Origin: Gammaproteobacteria bacterium
Lineage (GTDB): Bacteria > Pseudomonadota > Gammaproteobacteria > PIVX01
DNA: 64,000 bases
Reading direction: 5' to 3'
Assembly: GCA_003353785.1 (NCBI GenBank)
Contig: PIVX01000005.1
Span: 30,854-94,853, forward strand
Below the pieces are notes generated by a model. The model was not told the origin of the DNA. It saw nothing but the letters and a program-made list of their open reading frames with translations, and did no database searches. The position numbers and the translations under genes are program-made. Every line of letters starts with the position of its first letter. Within the stretch, counting starts at the first letter, position 1. Shown here piece after piece: positions 20,715 to 31,733 of this stretch.

Positions 20715-21095
20715 TTATCCTATTCTTAAAATGAATTTCATTAATAAATAATTAAGCAGTAATATAAGGTGCCGTACAGATTTTAACAATAACAAGCATA
20801 AAAACAAATGTCAATGAGAAATACTCAGATAAAATTTGCTAATTAAAAACATCATAATCACATGGGGAACCCAGGCACTAAACAATTGTAATAAGCCATA
20901 CACAATAAATTTAAGCAGTATAATTTTTATTATCATGAATAAATATTCTCTTTGATCTTACAGTAACCACTAGTGTTATAGTTACAAATGAACTCATATA
21001 GCTTGACTATAAAACATGTATTGGAAATAGCAGTAACATTGTAAATATCAAGTAATCAACCAGCGTTTTAAAAAAGCACTATCTTTAATATGCTG
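20715..21095 (-). pseudogene. GtrA-like flippase pseudogene
   Basis: Fragments in shifting frames: 'ILKIVLF..AG*LLDI', 'SSFVTITLVVTVRSKRIF', 'KFIVYGLLQ', 'KICTAP' and 'LLNYLLMKFILRIG*'. The stop abuts the GT2 ATG. Confidence 0.55.
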
Positions 21096-21188
21096 ATAGT
21101 TAATATTAGGCTCAAGGTTATAGGTAAGTAGGTTTTTACATCTTCTTAATATTTATTTAACATATAAATATTAATTTTAAAATATATT

Positions 21189-22571
21189 TTATACAATAAG
21201 CATTACTATTCCATTTCTTTTTATAGTGGAGTTGGTTGATTTAGTTATATTAGTATTTTCTTTCATTTGTTTGGCAATATAATTGAAATTTATAGTTAAT
21301 TTTTTACTAAAAGGAATATTAGCTTTACCTTCTTTATATTGCTTTAAAATATTCACGACCAAAGGAATGCCATCATTAATAACAACATTTAATCCTTTTT
21401 CTTTAAGCTTGTATTTATTCATTAGGTTATTTAATGCAGCAGGGACATACGTAGGTGTTTCTCCGGGGAAATTTTGTAAGGGATGAAATTCTTCTACTAA
21501 CAATTTTATATCTTTACTAGATAAGGAATTCCAAATTTGCTGAATATACTGGCCTTGCTTTATTCCAACAAGTCTTAACATTGCTCCAATACGAACTTTA
21601 ACATAATCTTCATCACTAGTTATTTTTATTCCCAGTAAATTAGCTCTAAATTTCAAATACTGCATAAAAGCTTCTGTTTCAGATCTATTGGTTAGCATTT
21701 CTATAGATTCATGAACAGCGTTAATAATTTTATATGTATTTGAGTTATATACGATAGACCCTTGGTTATTTACATGTCCTAGTGCTGCAGCTACATCACA
21801 TATATGTGCTAGGAAAAACACATTAAATGCATTTTTATCTTTTAATAAGATATTTGAATCTTTAAGAGTAGTAAACATTTTAGCACCATTTTCTAAATGA
21901 GTAACATGGCCTAAATGGATTTCACCCTCCATTTTCTTAATTTGCTCTCTATTATTTTTAGCCAATTTCATATAGGAAGGAAAAATTTTAGGACATTTAT
22001 TTAGGCATTGAGCTAAAAATATATCATGGTCTTGTTCGCCAATATTGCACTGGGTTTTAGCTTTTTCTAGTGCTAGAGGAGTTTTCCCCATATCACCTAA
22101 TAATAAGGCTGTTTCTATAAGTCTAAGATTATCTGGAGAATTTTTTACAATTGATTTAGCAAAATCGTGTAACTTTTGAAATTCTTCTTGAGTTAGTTTT
22201 ATATCTTTATTTTGATTATTTGTAAATCTCTTATAAGCTTGTTCTGAACCATCTAATAATAAATGCAGACTAACAAAACTTAAAATTGTTCTTTCAAACT
22301 CTGTATAATGAGTCCCAGTTAATTGTTGAGACCAACTTTTAGAACTGCTAATGGCTGAGTTTTCTTCTGTTTTACGAACATCATTATTTAATAGCCAGTT
22401 TAATTCAGAATATTGTTCAATTTTATTTTTAACCCAATTAATGGTGCCTATTCTATTAATATCAGCAGAATAAGATGCATTAAAAAAAAATATCCCACAG
22501 ACAAATATAGCAAATAAACATATTTTCAATTTGTAATTTCTTATTGCTTCTAATATAAAAATATTACACAT
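21189..22571 (-). CDS. Secreted protein with HD-phosphohydrolase-like motifs (DUF6829-like, from memory)
   Basis: Signal peptide (ICLFAIFVCGIFFFNASYSA) and motifs LLGDMGK, DHD, HLGHVTHLE, HICDVAAALGH. The true start may be slightly downstream. Confidence 0.6.
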   Translation of the reverse strand: MCNIFILEAIRNYKLKICLFAIFVCGIFFFNASYSADINRIGTINWVKNKIEQYSELNWLLNNDVRKTEENSAISSSKSWSQQLTGTHYTEFERTILSFVSLHLLLDGSEQAYKRFTNNQNKDIKLTQEEFQKLHDFAKSIVKNSPDNLRLIETALLLGDMGKTPLALEKAKTQCNIGEQDHDIFLAQCLNKCPKIFPSYMKLAKNNREQIKKMEGEIHLGHVTHLENGAKMFTTLKDSNILLKDKNAFNVFFLAHICDVAAALGHVNNQGSIVYNSNTYKIINAVHESIEMLTNRSETEAFMQYLKFRANLLGIKITSDEDYVKVRIGAMLRLVGIKQGQYIQQIWNSLSSKDIKLLVEEFHPLQNFPGETPTYVPAALNNLMNKYKLKEKGLNVVINDGIPLVVNILKQYKEGKANIPFSKKLTINFNYIAKQMKENTNITKSTNSTIKRNGIVMLIV

Positions 22572-23142
22572 TTTGTTCGTTCCTAATAAAAAATAATTCT
22601 ATCTTAATTAATAAAAATAATATAAACAATAAATTAAATCTATAAATAACGTGAAGTGCCATATTTTTTTATTTTTTGCTGAATTAGTCCTTTCTTGTAA
22701 CGTAATGTATGTATATTTATCAGGATAGTGTCAGAATTATGTCTCACATTATCGCTGATGTGTCCACATGGGGTGATCTTAATATCATTATCATTAATTG
22801 GTTGAGGTTTGCAAGTCTCTTGTGGTGGTATTTCTCTCGATACTGTGAAACAGTAAATGGCGAAACGGTATATCTGATATAGATATAGTTAATTCTAAAA
22901 AATCAGTAAAAAAATAGCTTGTTGAACTAAGACTAAACTAACAATGTTGCGCTTGCAGTTTGTTCAAAGTGGTAGATTTTAGTTTATGTAGATAATATTG
23001 TAATGATTAAATATGTGCTTGTTAGATATCATGATAAAATGTTCCTCTGATTGGGATAACTGGATAGATATATTAATAATATATAATTTGATTCAAAATG
23101 AATAATTTTTTAGTGGTTTTAAAATAACTTATTAATTCAATA

Positions 23143-24522
23143 ATGATATTTTCTAAAGTTGATTTTATTATTTGCATCGCTTTTCTAGCGGTATTAATTT
23201 TAGTTGGTAATTGGCAAAATTATTCAGCTAAGAATGCAAAACAATTTCTTGTTTCTGAACAAAAAACTGGATATTTTGCTTTAACAGCAACTTTGGTTAT
23301 GACTACGATAAATACAGGATTATTGTTATCTTTTTCATCACTTGGATATTGTGTAGGTCTGTGGTCTTTAAGTCTGCCGCTTATTTTTTTACTTGGATTG
23401 ATGTTTTATACTTTAACAGTAGCAAAATATTGGCGACACTATGATCAAATGACTGCAGCACATTATTTTGTAGATAGATTTGGTAAGAAAATAGCTGGAT
23501 TATCTGCCACTATTCTATTTATAGCTATGATTGGTTTTAGTGCTGTTTATATTAAGTCATTAGCATTAATATTCAAGTCTATCTGTAATATTCCAATAGA
23601 TATTCTATCTATTATTATTACGATAACAGTTTTGTTAATAGTATTTAGAGGAGGATTAAAATCTGTTATAAGAACAGATATTTTAAGTTTATTTGGTATG
23701 CTCTTACTTTTATTTGCAATGGCATATGGTATATATTTCATGCCAGTAAATAATTATTCGCCGGTATCATTATCTGTGGGAGTGAGCTTGTTAAGTCCTG
23801 CGTATGTATTTTCATTATTTATATTAACAGTATTTAGTTATATTTTGTCACCTTCGTATAGTCAAAAGCTTGTTGCTGCTAAGACACCATTAATAGCTAA
23901 GCGAGCAGTTTTCTTAGCCGCTATTTTGATTTATATTATATATGCTATAGGAATAGCTATATGTTATATGCTAAAGCTAAAGGGTATATCAATTTATTCT
24001 TCAGATACAGTATTTCCAGAGGCTATGGCTTTATCTTTATCAACAGGATGGTTAGGTCTTGGATATGGGATTTTATTTAGTATTGGTGCCACTACTCTAA
24101 CTAGCGCTTGGACAGGGATGGTTTCATTACTTCCTTTAATGTTTAATGTTAATTTTAGTCATAGGACTAGTTCTATGATTTGTTTTTGTGCTGGTAGTTC
24201 ACTTGTTATTGCAGTTTATGGGATCGATAGTTTGTTGGAGAAGATAATTTTAGCAAATATTCCTATTGTTGCTCTTTCTTTTGCTTTATTGGGTGGTATC
24301 TATTGGGAAAAAACATCTAATGCCGGTGTGAGTATTAGCATAGTGAACGGATGTATAGGAGCAGGGTTGTGCTATTGGTATTTTGGTGAAAAGCTCATGT
24401 ATACATGGTATTGGGCAGTATATGTAGTGCCATTGATTTTTTTATCGGGGATCCTTGGTTCAATACTCTTTCCAGATAAAGAATTTAATGAAAATAATGA
24501 TAGAATAAAATTAATAGTATAA
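23143..24522 (+). CDS. Sodium:solute symporter family transporter
   Basis: About 13 TM segments, RGGLKSVIRTD, YSQKLVAAKT, YF.DRFG. Confidence 0.88.
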   Translation: MIFSKVDFIICIAFLAVLILVGNWQNYSAKNAKQFLVSEQKTGYFALTATLVMTTINTGLLLSFSSLGYCVGLWSLSLPLIFLLGLMFYTLTVAKYWRHYDQMTAAHYFVDRFGKKIAGLSATILFIAMIGFSAVYIKSLALIFKSICNIPIDILSIIITITVLLIVFRGGLKSVIRTDILSLFGMLLLLFAMAYGIYFMPVNNYSPVSLSVGVSLLSPAYVFSLFILTVFSYILSPSYSQKLVAAKTPLIAKRAVFLAAILIYIIYAIGIAICYMLKLKGISIYSSDTVFPEAMALSLSTGWLGLGYGILFSIGATTLTSAWTGMVSLLPLMFNVNFSHRTSSMICFCAGSSLVIAVYGIDSLLEKIILANIPIVALSFALLGGIYWEKTSNAGVSISIVNGCIGAGLCYWYFGEKLMYTWYWAVYVVPLIFLSGILGSILFPDKEFNENNDRIKLIV

Positions 24523-24660
24523 TTGGATGTAGAATTAATGTTGTTACTCCTCAAGAGTAAAAAACCATGTTAATGTAGCCCTTGCTTATAAAATCATCTA
24601 TTTTTCCCCGTCAGTGTGCGGGTTTATGCACAGTTGAAAAAATTGGAGGAATTTAATAAA

Positions 24661-24828
24661 TCAAGCAACTCTACTCATTTTGAAGTCAGCTTTAGAAACC
24701 CCACACTCAGGGCATTCCCAATCTTCTGGGATCTCTTCCCACTTTGTGCCTGGGGCTATACCTTCTTCTGGTAAACCATCAGCTTCAGAGTAGATAAAAC
24801 CACAATATTCACATTCCCAAATATTCAT
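24661..24828 (-). CDS. rubA: Rubredoxin (55 aa; below ORF-track cut-off)
   Basis: MNIWECEYCGFIYSEADGLPEEGIAPGTKWEEIPEDWECPECGVSKADF, with two CxxC motifs. Divergent from ubiA. Confidence 0.95.
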   Translation of the reverse strand: MNIWECEYCGFIYSEADGLPEEGIAPGTKWEEIPEDWECPECGVSKADFKMSRVA

Positions 24829-25011
24829 AATTGTTCTCAGAGTTGTACATGTAAAGATTTAATGTTAAATGTGAATTAATATTTTGTCAATTATGCTTTG
24901 GAATTGTTCATAAATTCATGATTTAGATGATATTTTGCAAAATTACTAGTAATTTAGAATAATTATAGATTTTAAGTTTCTTATGATTTTACTAAGGCAA
25001 TATTTAGAGCT

Positions 25012-25863
25012 ATGGAACATTATATAAATCTGATGCGTATTGATAAGCCAATAGGCATATTATTGCTGTTATGGCCTACCCTTTGGGCTTTATGGCTAGC
25101 AAATGGGGGGATGCCATCTTTTAGTTTACTCGCTATTTTTAGTATCGGTACTTTTTGTATGCGTACAGCTGGATGTATTATCAATGACTTAGTTGATCTA
25201 AAATTTGATAGTAAGGTTGCTAGAACCAAAGATAGAGCATTGGTCAGTGGGCAGATCACTAAATTTGCTGCTGTATTAGTATTAATTATATTGTTACTAA
25301 TTTCTTTATTACTAGTTAGTATGTTAAATGTATTATCAATAAAAATAGCAGCGATAGGTCTGGTATTTACTATTATTTACCCATTTTTAAAAAGATATAC
25401 TGGGATGGTGCAATTATTTTTAGGACTAACATTTGCTCTTGGAATACCAATAGCATTTGCTGCTACTAAAGAGCATGTTGTGGGTTATGCTTGGGTTTTA
25501 TATAGTATTAATGTTATTTGGATCATAGCTTTTGATAGTATATATGCAATGCTTGATAAGCATGATGATCTAAAAATAGGTGTTCATTCTAGTGCTATAT
25601 TATTTGGTGAGCATGATCAAAAGATTACATTTTTATTACAATTGATAGTTAGTTTAAGCTTAATGACATTTGGGATCATGTTAGAATTAGGAGGCTGGTA
25701 CCAGGGTTGTGTACTAATAACTTTGATTCTATTTGTATATCAATATAAGTTAATGTTTATAGGTCACTATATGTTGGCATTTATCAATAATAACTGGGTT
25801 GGCGCAATAATATTTCTAGGATTTATTTTGGCTGATTACTCTAAGGTTTATACTCTTAACTAG
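25012..25863 (+). CDS. ubiA: 4-hydroxybenzoate polyprenyltransferase
   Basis: MRIDKPIG.LLLLWP, AGCIINDLVD..FD..V.RT, YPFLKR, D.IYAMLDK.DD..IG. Confidence 0.95.
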   Translation: MEHYINLMRIDKPIGILLLLWPTLWALWLANGGMPSFSLLAIFSIGTFCMRTAGCIINDLVDLKFDSKVARTKDRALVSGQITKFAAVLVLIILLLISLLLVSMLNVLSIKIAAIGLVFTIIYPFLKRYTGMVQLFLGLTFALGIPIAFAATKEHVVGYAWVLYSINVIWIIAFDSIYAMLDKHDDLKIGVHSSAILFGEHDQKITFLLQLIVSLSLMTFGIMLELGGWYQGCVLITLILFVYQYKLMFIGHYMLAFINNNWVGAIIFLGFILADYSKVYTLN

Positions 25864-25952
25864 AAGTTATAATTACTATGAAAAGAATAAAGGCATAGAT
25901 CTTCTAAAGCAAGTATTAAGCATGGGAGTTAAAGAAGCAAAACAATTATTTG

Positions 25953-28283
25953 TTAAAACAAGTATTCTGTCATATTAGCAGCATCCAGATCTTCTGCTTG
26001 AGCATAGGTTTTTGGGGCATTTTTTTCTCTAAATAGCTCGAAAAAGCTTCCAGCATTCTCACTGCTTGCAAGCAGACCAGTTCTAGGCTCTATTCTTACT
26101 CTAACAATATTAGTTGGTTCTGGAATGATTTTTTCCGGAACATTTTTTAAAGCTTGCGACATGAACTCTAACCACATTGGCAGAGCAGCTTTGTAGCCAT
26201 ATTCATATATTGATTTTGGAGTATCAAATCCAACCCAACTAATAGCAACTAATGATTGGTGGTAACCAGCAAACCAGGCGTCTTTGTTATTATTTGTGCT
26301 ACCAGTTTTGCCAGCAATATCAAGTCTATTAAGCTTAGTTTTAACTGTTCTTCCGGTGTTACCATGATGTAAACTGCTTATTAGGACATCGGTTATTAGA
26401 TATGCTACTTGGGGGCTTAAGACTTGTTTTGCTGGCTTGTTTTCTTCTTCAAGTTGTTGTTGTTTTGAATAAATAATTTGTCCTTTAGAATTTAAGATCT
26501 TATTAATTAAATATGGATATGCTTTTTTTCCTCCATTAGCAAAGGCACAAAAAGATGTTGCTAAGTCCATCGGTGTAACATTGGCACTGCCAAGAGCTAT
26601 TGAAAGTGAATTTGGAATGTCTTTTATTGAAAAACCAAAATTTGCAATGAAAGGTCTTGCATAATCTAAACCTATTGATTCAAGCAATCTAATAGATACT
26701 AAATTTCTGGAAAGCATTAGACCTTTTCTTAAGCTTGTTAAACCTGAGAATTTATGGTTATCGTTTTTTGGTCTCCAAACTAGATTATCTTGACTCTGAT
26801 CTTGTTTGATAATTGGAGCATCATTAATCTTATATGCTAGAGAATAACCTTTTTCAAGTGCTGCTGCATATATAAATGGTTTAAAACTAGAGCCTGGTTG
26901 TCTTTTTGCTTGAGTGACATGATTATAGCTGTGTAAATTAAAATCATAGCCCCCAACTAATGCTTCAACTTGGTTAGTTTGTGGATTAATTGCAACTAAG
27001 CCCCCCTGAATTTCTGGAATTTGAGATAACTTCCATTCGGAATTAGTTTTTTGTCTGACATGGATTATATCGCCAATTTTGACTACTTCATTAGGATGTT
27101 CAATTTTTTTCCCTCGCTTACCTCCGGATAAGCTTTTTCTTGCCCATACTATATTCTGGAGTTCTATTTTGATAACCAAAGAGTTTTCTAGTTTGGCAAT
27201 AATTTTTGAGTCATCGATGGCAATAACAATTGCTAGTTTGTGTGTATTAGTTTTAGGGTATTTATCCCACTTAATTTGCTCATCTTGATTCGAATGATTA
27301 TCTAGTGCTCCTCGATATCCATGTCTTCTATCATAATTATCTAGAGAATTTTTCAAAGATAAATTTGCAAAATATTGTTTATCTTGTTTAATAGTGGAAT
27401 GTATTTTATATCCACTATAATAGAGATCATCTCCAAATTGTTTATAAAGTATTTTACGAATTAATTCAGCAGCATGTGGGGCATGTACCTCTATTTGCCT
27501 GTTATAAAATTTAGCTGTGACCGGTTGTTGTATCGTATACAAGTATTCTTGTTTAGTAATTACGTTTTCGTCAAGCATTCTATTTAAAACATGTTTTCTT
27601 CTTTTAAGAGCAGCTTTTGGATTAGCAACTGGGTTTATTCTAGAAGGAGCTTGAGGTAGTCCTGCTAGCATAGCGTGTTGAGCGGTGGATAAATCCTTTA
27701 ATTCCTTGTTGTAATATGTTTTTGCAGCAGCAGCGACTCCATAGGCTCCTTGACCAAAATATATTTTGTTTAGGTATAGTTCTAAGATTTTTTCTTTTGA
27801 GAGTTCTTTATCAATTTTTATTGCTAGAAGAATTTCTTTAATTTTGCGAGCATAGGTCTTTTTCCTGGTTAGAAAAAAATTTCTTGCTACTTGCATGGTG
27901 ATAGTACTAGCACCTTGGCGCTTTTCTCCTGTTTTTATCATATTTATCGTTGCTCTAATTAAGCCAGGTAGATCAATACCAGGATGTTCAAAAAATCTTT
28001 GATCTTCAGTAGCTAAAATAGCATTAATAAGAATTTTAGGGACTTCACTTATTTCAATAGGAATGCGGCGTGTACTACCAAATTCTTCTATTAATTTTCC
28101 ATCTGCTGAGTAGATCCTAAGCGGTTCTTGAAAATGGATATCTTTTAGTGTTTCAACATCTGGTAAGTTAATTTCAAGGTAAATATATGCAAGTCCCATG
28201 AATATTAAGAAAGATAGTAATAAACTGGCTAAAGTTAACAAACTTTTGCTAAAAAAATGCTCAAATGGTTTTAATAGTAACAA
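25953..28283 (-). CDS. mrcA: Penicillin-binding protein 1A
   Basis: TEDQRFFEH, GASTITMQ, RKIKE, QPGSSFK, SRN, GKTG. Confidence 0.95.
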   Translation of the reverse strand: MLLLKPFEHFFSKSLLTLASLLLSFLIFMGLAYIYLEINLPDVETLKDIHFQEPLRIYSADGKLIEEFGSTRRIPIEISEVPKILINAILATEDQRFFEHPGIDLPGLIRATINMIKTGEKRQGASTITMQVARNFFLTRKKTYARKIKEILLAIKIDKELSKEKILELYLNKIYFGQGAYGVAAAAKTYYNKELKDLSTAQHAMLAGLPQAPSRINPVANPKAALKRRKHVLNRMLDENVITKQEYLYTIQQPVTAKFYNRQIEVHAPHAAELIRKILYKQFGDDLYYSGYKIHSTIKQDKQYFANLSLKNSLDNYDRRHGYRGALDNHSNQDEQIKWDKYPKTNTHKLAIVIAIDDSKIIAKLENSLVIKIELQNIVWARKSLSGGKRGKKIEHPNEVVKIGDIIHVRQKTNSEWKLSQIPEIQGGLVAINPQTNQVEALVGGYDFNLHSYNHVTQAKRQPGSSFKPFIYAAALEKGYSLAYKINDAPIIKQDQSQDNLVWRPKNDNHKFSGLTSLRKGLMLSRNLVSIRLLESIGLDYARPFIANFGFSIKDIPNSLSIALGSANVTPMDLATSFCAFANGGKKAYPYLINKILNSKGQIIYSKQQQLEEENKPAKQVLSPQVAYLITDVLISSLHHGNTGRTVKTKLNRLDIAGKTGSTNNNKDAWFAGYHQSLVAISWVGFDTPKSIYEYGYKAALPMWLEFMSQALKNVPEKIIPEPTNIVRVRIEPRTGLLASSENAGSFFELFREKNAPKTYAQAEDLDAANMTEYLF

Positions 28284-28462
28284 TTTATCCTCATATTTAA
28301 ACTAATTTTAATCTAATAAGAGTTACTATAAGAGTATATATTTTTCCTTATAATAATGGAATTTTTTTGGTCAATTCTTTTGTTTATAAATGATATTTCC
28401 TGTAATATTTACATAGTCAAGACCATAAGTATCCAGATATTTAAGATAGAGGTTAAAATAAT

Positions 28463-28978
28463 ATGACAAGAAATATTTTTCTTGTGGGGCCTATGGGTGT
28501 CGGGAAAAGCACTATAGGTAAGTATTTAGCTACTGAAATGAAGATGGATTTTTATGATACTGATCGTATTATCGAAGATAAAGCAGGGGTCTCTGTTTCT
28601 TGGATATTTGATGTTGAGGGAGAGTTAGGGTTCCAAGAACGTGAAGAGAAAATATTGGAAGAAATCACCAAAAAAAATGGTATTGTTTTAGCAACTGGCG
28701 GTAATATAGTTTCATCCAAAAAAAGTAGGATATTATTGTCTTCTCGAGGAGAGGTTGTATATCTTAGGTTGAATATTCATACTCAGCTTGAGCGTACTAA
28801 AAAAGATTCTAGAAGACCACAACTTAGTGCAAAGGATAATTTATTTAGAACTTTACAAGATTTACAAGACCAGTTAACTCCTTGGTATTATGATATTGCA
28901 GATCATGTGTTTGATACTAAGGACTTGAGTCCAAAGAATGTAGCTTGTTCTATAAAAGAGATGTTGGCTAATGATTGA
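28463..28978 (+). CDS. aroK: Shikimate kinase
   Basis: GPMGVGKST, DTD, ATGG, RPQL. Confidence 0.95.
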   Translation: MTRNIFLVGPMGVGKSTIGKYLATEMKMDFYDTDRIIEDKAGVSVSWIFDVEGELGFQEREEKILEEITKKNGIVLATGGNIVSSKKSRILLSSRGEVVYLRLNIHTQLERTKKDSRRPQLSAKDNLFRTLQDLQDQLTPWYYDIADHVFDTKDLSPKNVACSIKEMLAND

Positions 28979-29002
28979 GAAAATTATTAATTAAAATACG
29001 GT

Positions 29003-30088
29003 ATGTGCTCAGCAAATATCCAAATATCAAGTAAAATTAATGATTATCAAATATATTTTGGTTCAGTCTTTGCTGAATATGCCAGTATACTTATGTCAGT
29101 TTGTAAAGATCAAGTAATGATAATAACTGATGAGAATGTAGCAAGAGTTCATCTTGAGAGATTTAAAAGATTATTTGTTAATGTGCAAATAGACTATTAT
29201 GTACTACCTGCTGGTGATTCAAGTAAAAAATTGTTTCTATTAGAGGATGTGACCACGCATTTATTAGAAAAAAAATGCACGAGAAAAACTACAGTGATTG
29301 CCTTAGGAGGAGGTATGGTTGGAGATTTTTCAGGGATGGTAGCAGCATTGTATTTTAGAGGAATTGACTATATTCAAATACCAACTAGTCTATTGTCTAT
29401 GGTAGATTCTGCTGTTGGAGGTAAAACAGCGGTTAATCACGCACTTGGTAAAAATGTTTTGGGGGTTATTTATCCTCCAAAGGCCGTGTTCACGGATATA
29501 GATTTTTTAATAACTTTAGAAAAAAGAGAGTTTCTATCCGGGATGAGTGAGGTTATTAAATATGGATTATTATTTGATTATAAATTTTTTTGTTGGCTTG
29601 AAGATAATACGAAATTGATTTTGCAAAGAGATCGTGCCGTATTGGATAGATTAGTAAGGAGATGTTGCAAATTTAAGGCAGATGTTGTGAGTCGTGATGA
29701 GCATGAGTTAAATGATAGAATGTTACTTAATTTAGGTCATACTTTAGCACATGCTTTAGAGAAATTAACAGAGTATAGATTTTTCTTACATGGTGAAGCT
29801 GTATCGATAGGGTTAATGTTTGCATCGACAGTTTCCAAGTTTTTAGGTAAAGTACAAGATGGTGATATTAAAAGAATTGAGTTTTTACTAAAGGAGTTTG
29901 ATTTACCAATAAATTTGGATATTAATCTATCTAAGGAAGAGATCATGAATTGCATGTTAATGGATAAAAAGAATTATCAAGGAAGCATAAGAATGGTATT
30001 ATTAGATGGTATTGGGCATGGGGAAGTATGTGCGGATTTGTCCATCAATGTGTTAGATAAGGCACTTGATACGGTGTGTAGGAGTTAA
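29003..30088 (+). CDS. aroB: 3-dehydroquinate synthase
   Basis: LGGGMVGD, PTSLLSMVDSAVGGKTAVN, LNLGHT..HA.E, LHGEAV, DKK. Confidence 0.95.
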   Translation: MCSANIQISSKINDYQIYFGSVFAEYASILMSVCKDQVMIITDENVARVHLERFKRLFVNVQIDYYVLPAGDSSKKLFLLEDVTTHLLEKKCTRKTTVIALGGGMVGDFSGMVAALYFRGIDYIQIPTSLLSMVDSAVGGKTAVNHALGKNVLGVIYPPKAVFTDIDFLITLEKREFLSGMSEVIKYGLLFDYKFFCWLEDNTKLILQRDRAVLDRLVRRCCKFKADVVSRDEHELNDRMLLNLGHTLAHALEKLTEYRFFLHGEAVSIGLMFASTVSKFLGKVQDGDIKRIEFLLKEFDLPINLDINLSKEEIMNCMLMDKKNYQGSIRMVLLDGIGHGEVCADLSINVLDKALDTVCRS

Positions 30089-30091
30089 GTA

Positions 30092-31723
30092 ATGGGTTCT
30101 AATTCTTCTGTAGTCAATACTGAAGGTAATGATAATAAATACTATTGGCAAGATCTTGGTTTAAAACATGAACCATTTGTCAGAAATCCATCTGAGGTTT
30201 TCAAAATTGCTCAATGGGAAGATTATAGCGATCTTCTGATCCATCTTGTTCAGCACAATAATTTATTAGAAGTAATTTTAGGAGAAAATGGGGTTGGTAA
30301 GACCAGTTTTATAAATTTTTTTAATCAGAAGATTATTTTAAAAGCATCTTGTGCTGTTATTAGAGCTGAACCTGAATGGAGAGTTGAACAGTTTATTAAT
30401 GTAATAAATACTAGTCTAGGGTTTGCCCAGAATGAAATTTCTTCAGAATCTTTAGAAATGCTTAATGCCCATTTACCAGCAGATGGGATTAAATATATTA
30501 TTGCATTAGATGATGCAGATTATTTAAGTGAAGAAATTTTACTACTTCTAAAGCAATGGACTAGCAGGTTAGATGATAATATAAGATTAAGATTTATCTT
30601 AGTCGCTAATATAGATTTTAGGCATAAATTGAAATCGTTTTACTCTGTGGATGAATATGAGCAGTTCCTTACTGTTTTAGAGTTAAAATCATTAGATTTA
30701 AAACAGACTCAGTCCTATATAAAATATTGTCTAGCTAATGCAGGTTTAGCAGAAGGTTATTTATTTACTCAAAAGGATATTAAGAAAATATATAGAGATT
30801 CTAATGGGATATTTAATAAAATTAATGAAATAGCGAGACGTATGCTGATTGACAAACTAGTTAAAAATCAAGATATGTATTCAATAGTGCAAAGTAATAA
30901 GAAAACATTTTTTTTCAGTGCTATTATCTTAGTTGTAATATCAATTTTTCTTTTCTCAAAATCACAAGATACTAATATTAGCACAGGTATAGAAGACTCA
31001 AATGGACAATTTGTTAGTTTCAAAGAGAGTTTGGCTGATGAGGAAATATTATCTCTTGAGTTGGCAGAGCTTGATGATATTGAAAAACAACAAAGCTTAT
31101 CTTTTACTAAGGATGATATTTCTCAAAATAGTGTAGAAGTGGATTTGGATGATATTTTTCAAAACAATGTAGAAGTGGCTGAAGAAAATAAATTAGCAAC
31201 AAATAACTTGACTGAGAATACAAGTGAATTGGAGCTAACTGATGAATTAGTAAAAGAAAGTTTAACTGATAATACAGCAACCAAAAAGGAGCTAGCTTCA
31301 GTAAAAAATGAGTCAACTACAAATAATAATATAATAAAGGGCTCTATAGTTAACTCTACCACTTATGTAAGAGAAAAAATAATCCTTACTGAGAGTGTCG
31401 AGACTATTCAAGAGCGTGCAACTATAATACTGCAAGAACCAAAGACCAACTATACTATCCAATTAATAGCAGCTAATACTGCTGTCGCAGCAGCTAACTT
31501 TATTGCTGAAAATAAATTAGAAAATCATGCTAATTACTATACAAATAGTCGACAAAGTAAGTTGTGGTATGCCGTTATTTATGGTTCTTATAAGACCAAA
31601 GAAGATGCACGATTAGCTGTGGCAAAGATGCCATTTAAGCTTAGGAAAAATAATCCTTGGATCAGAAAAGTTTCTGAAGTTCAGACAATCATAAAATTAA
31701 GTTCTAATACTAAAAAAAGCTAG
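30092..31723 (+). CDS. DamX-like AAA + TM + SPOR-domain protein
   Basis: GENGVGKT Walker A, LDDAD Walker B, one TM, C-terminal SPOR (YTIQL...WY.VIYGSY...PWIR). Sits after aroB. Confidence 0.85.
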   Translation: MGSNSSVVNTEGNDNKYYWQDLGLKHEPFVRNPSEVFKIAQWEDYSDLLIHLVQHNNLLEVILGENGVGKTSFINFFNQKIILKASCAVIRAEPEWRVEQFINVINTSLGFAQNEISSESLEMLNAHLPADGIKYIIALDDADYLSEEILLLLKQWTSRLDDNIRLRFILVANIDFRHKLKSFYSVDEYEQFLTVLELKSLDLKQTQSYIKYCLANAGLAEGYLFTQKDIKKIYRDSNGIFNKINEIARRMLIDKLVKNQDMYSIVQSNKKTFFFSAIILVVISIFLFSKSQDTNISTGIEDSNGQFVSFKESLADEEILSLELAELDDIEKQQSLSFTKDDISQNSVEVDLDDIFQNNVEVAEENKLATNNLTENTSELELTDELVKESLTDNTATKKELASVKNESTTNNNIIKGSIVNSTTYVREKIILTESVETIQERATIILQEPKTNYTIQLIAANTAVAAANFIAENKLENHANYYTNSRQSKLWYAVIYGSYKTKEDARLAVAKMPFKLRKNNPWIRKVSEVQTIIKLSSNTKKS

Positions 31724-31733
31724 CCTACAGTTT

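Noticed and set aside
22610-22890. ~90-codon open minus-strand frame and possible riboswitch upstream of the symporter
   Set aside because: No start codon or RBS, and no TPP, FMN, SAM or purine riboswitch consensus was visible.
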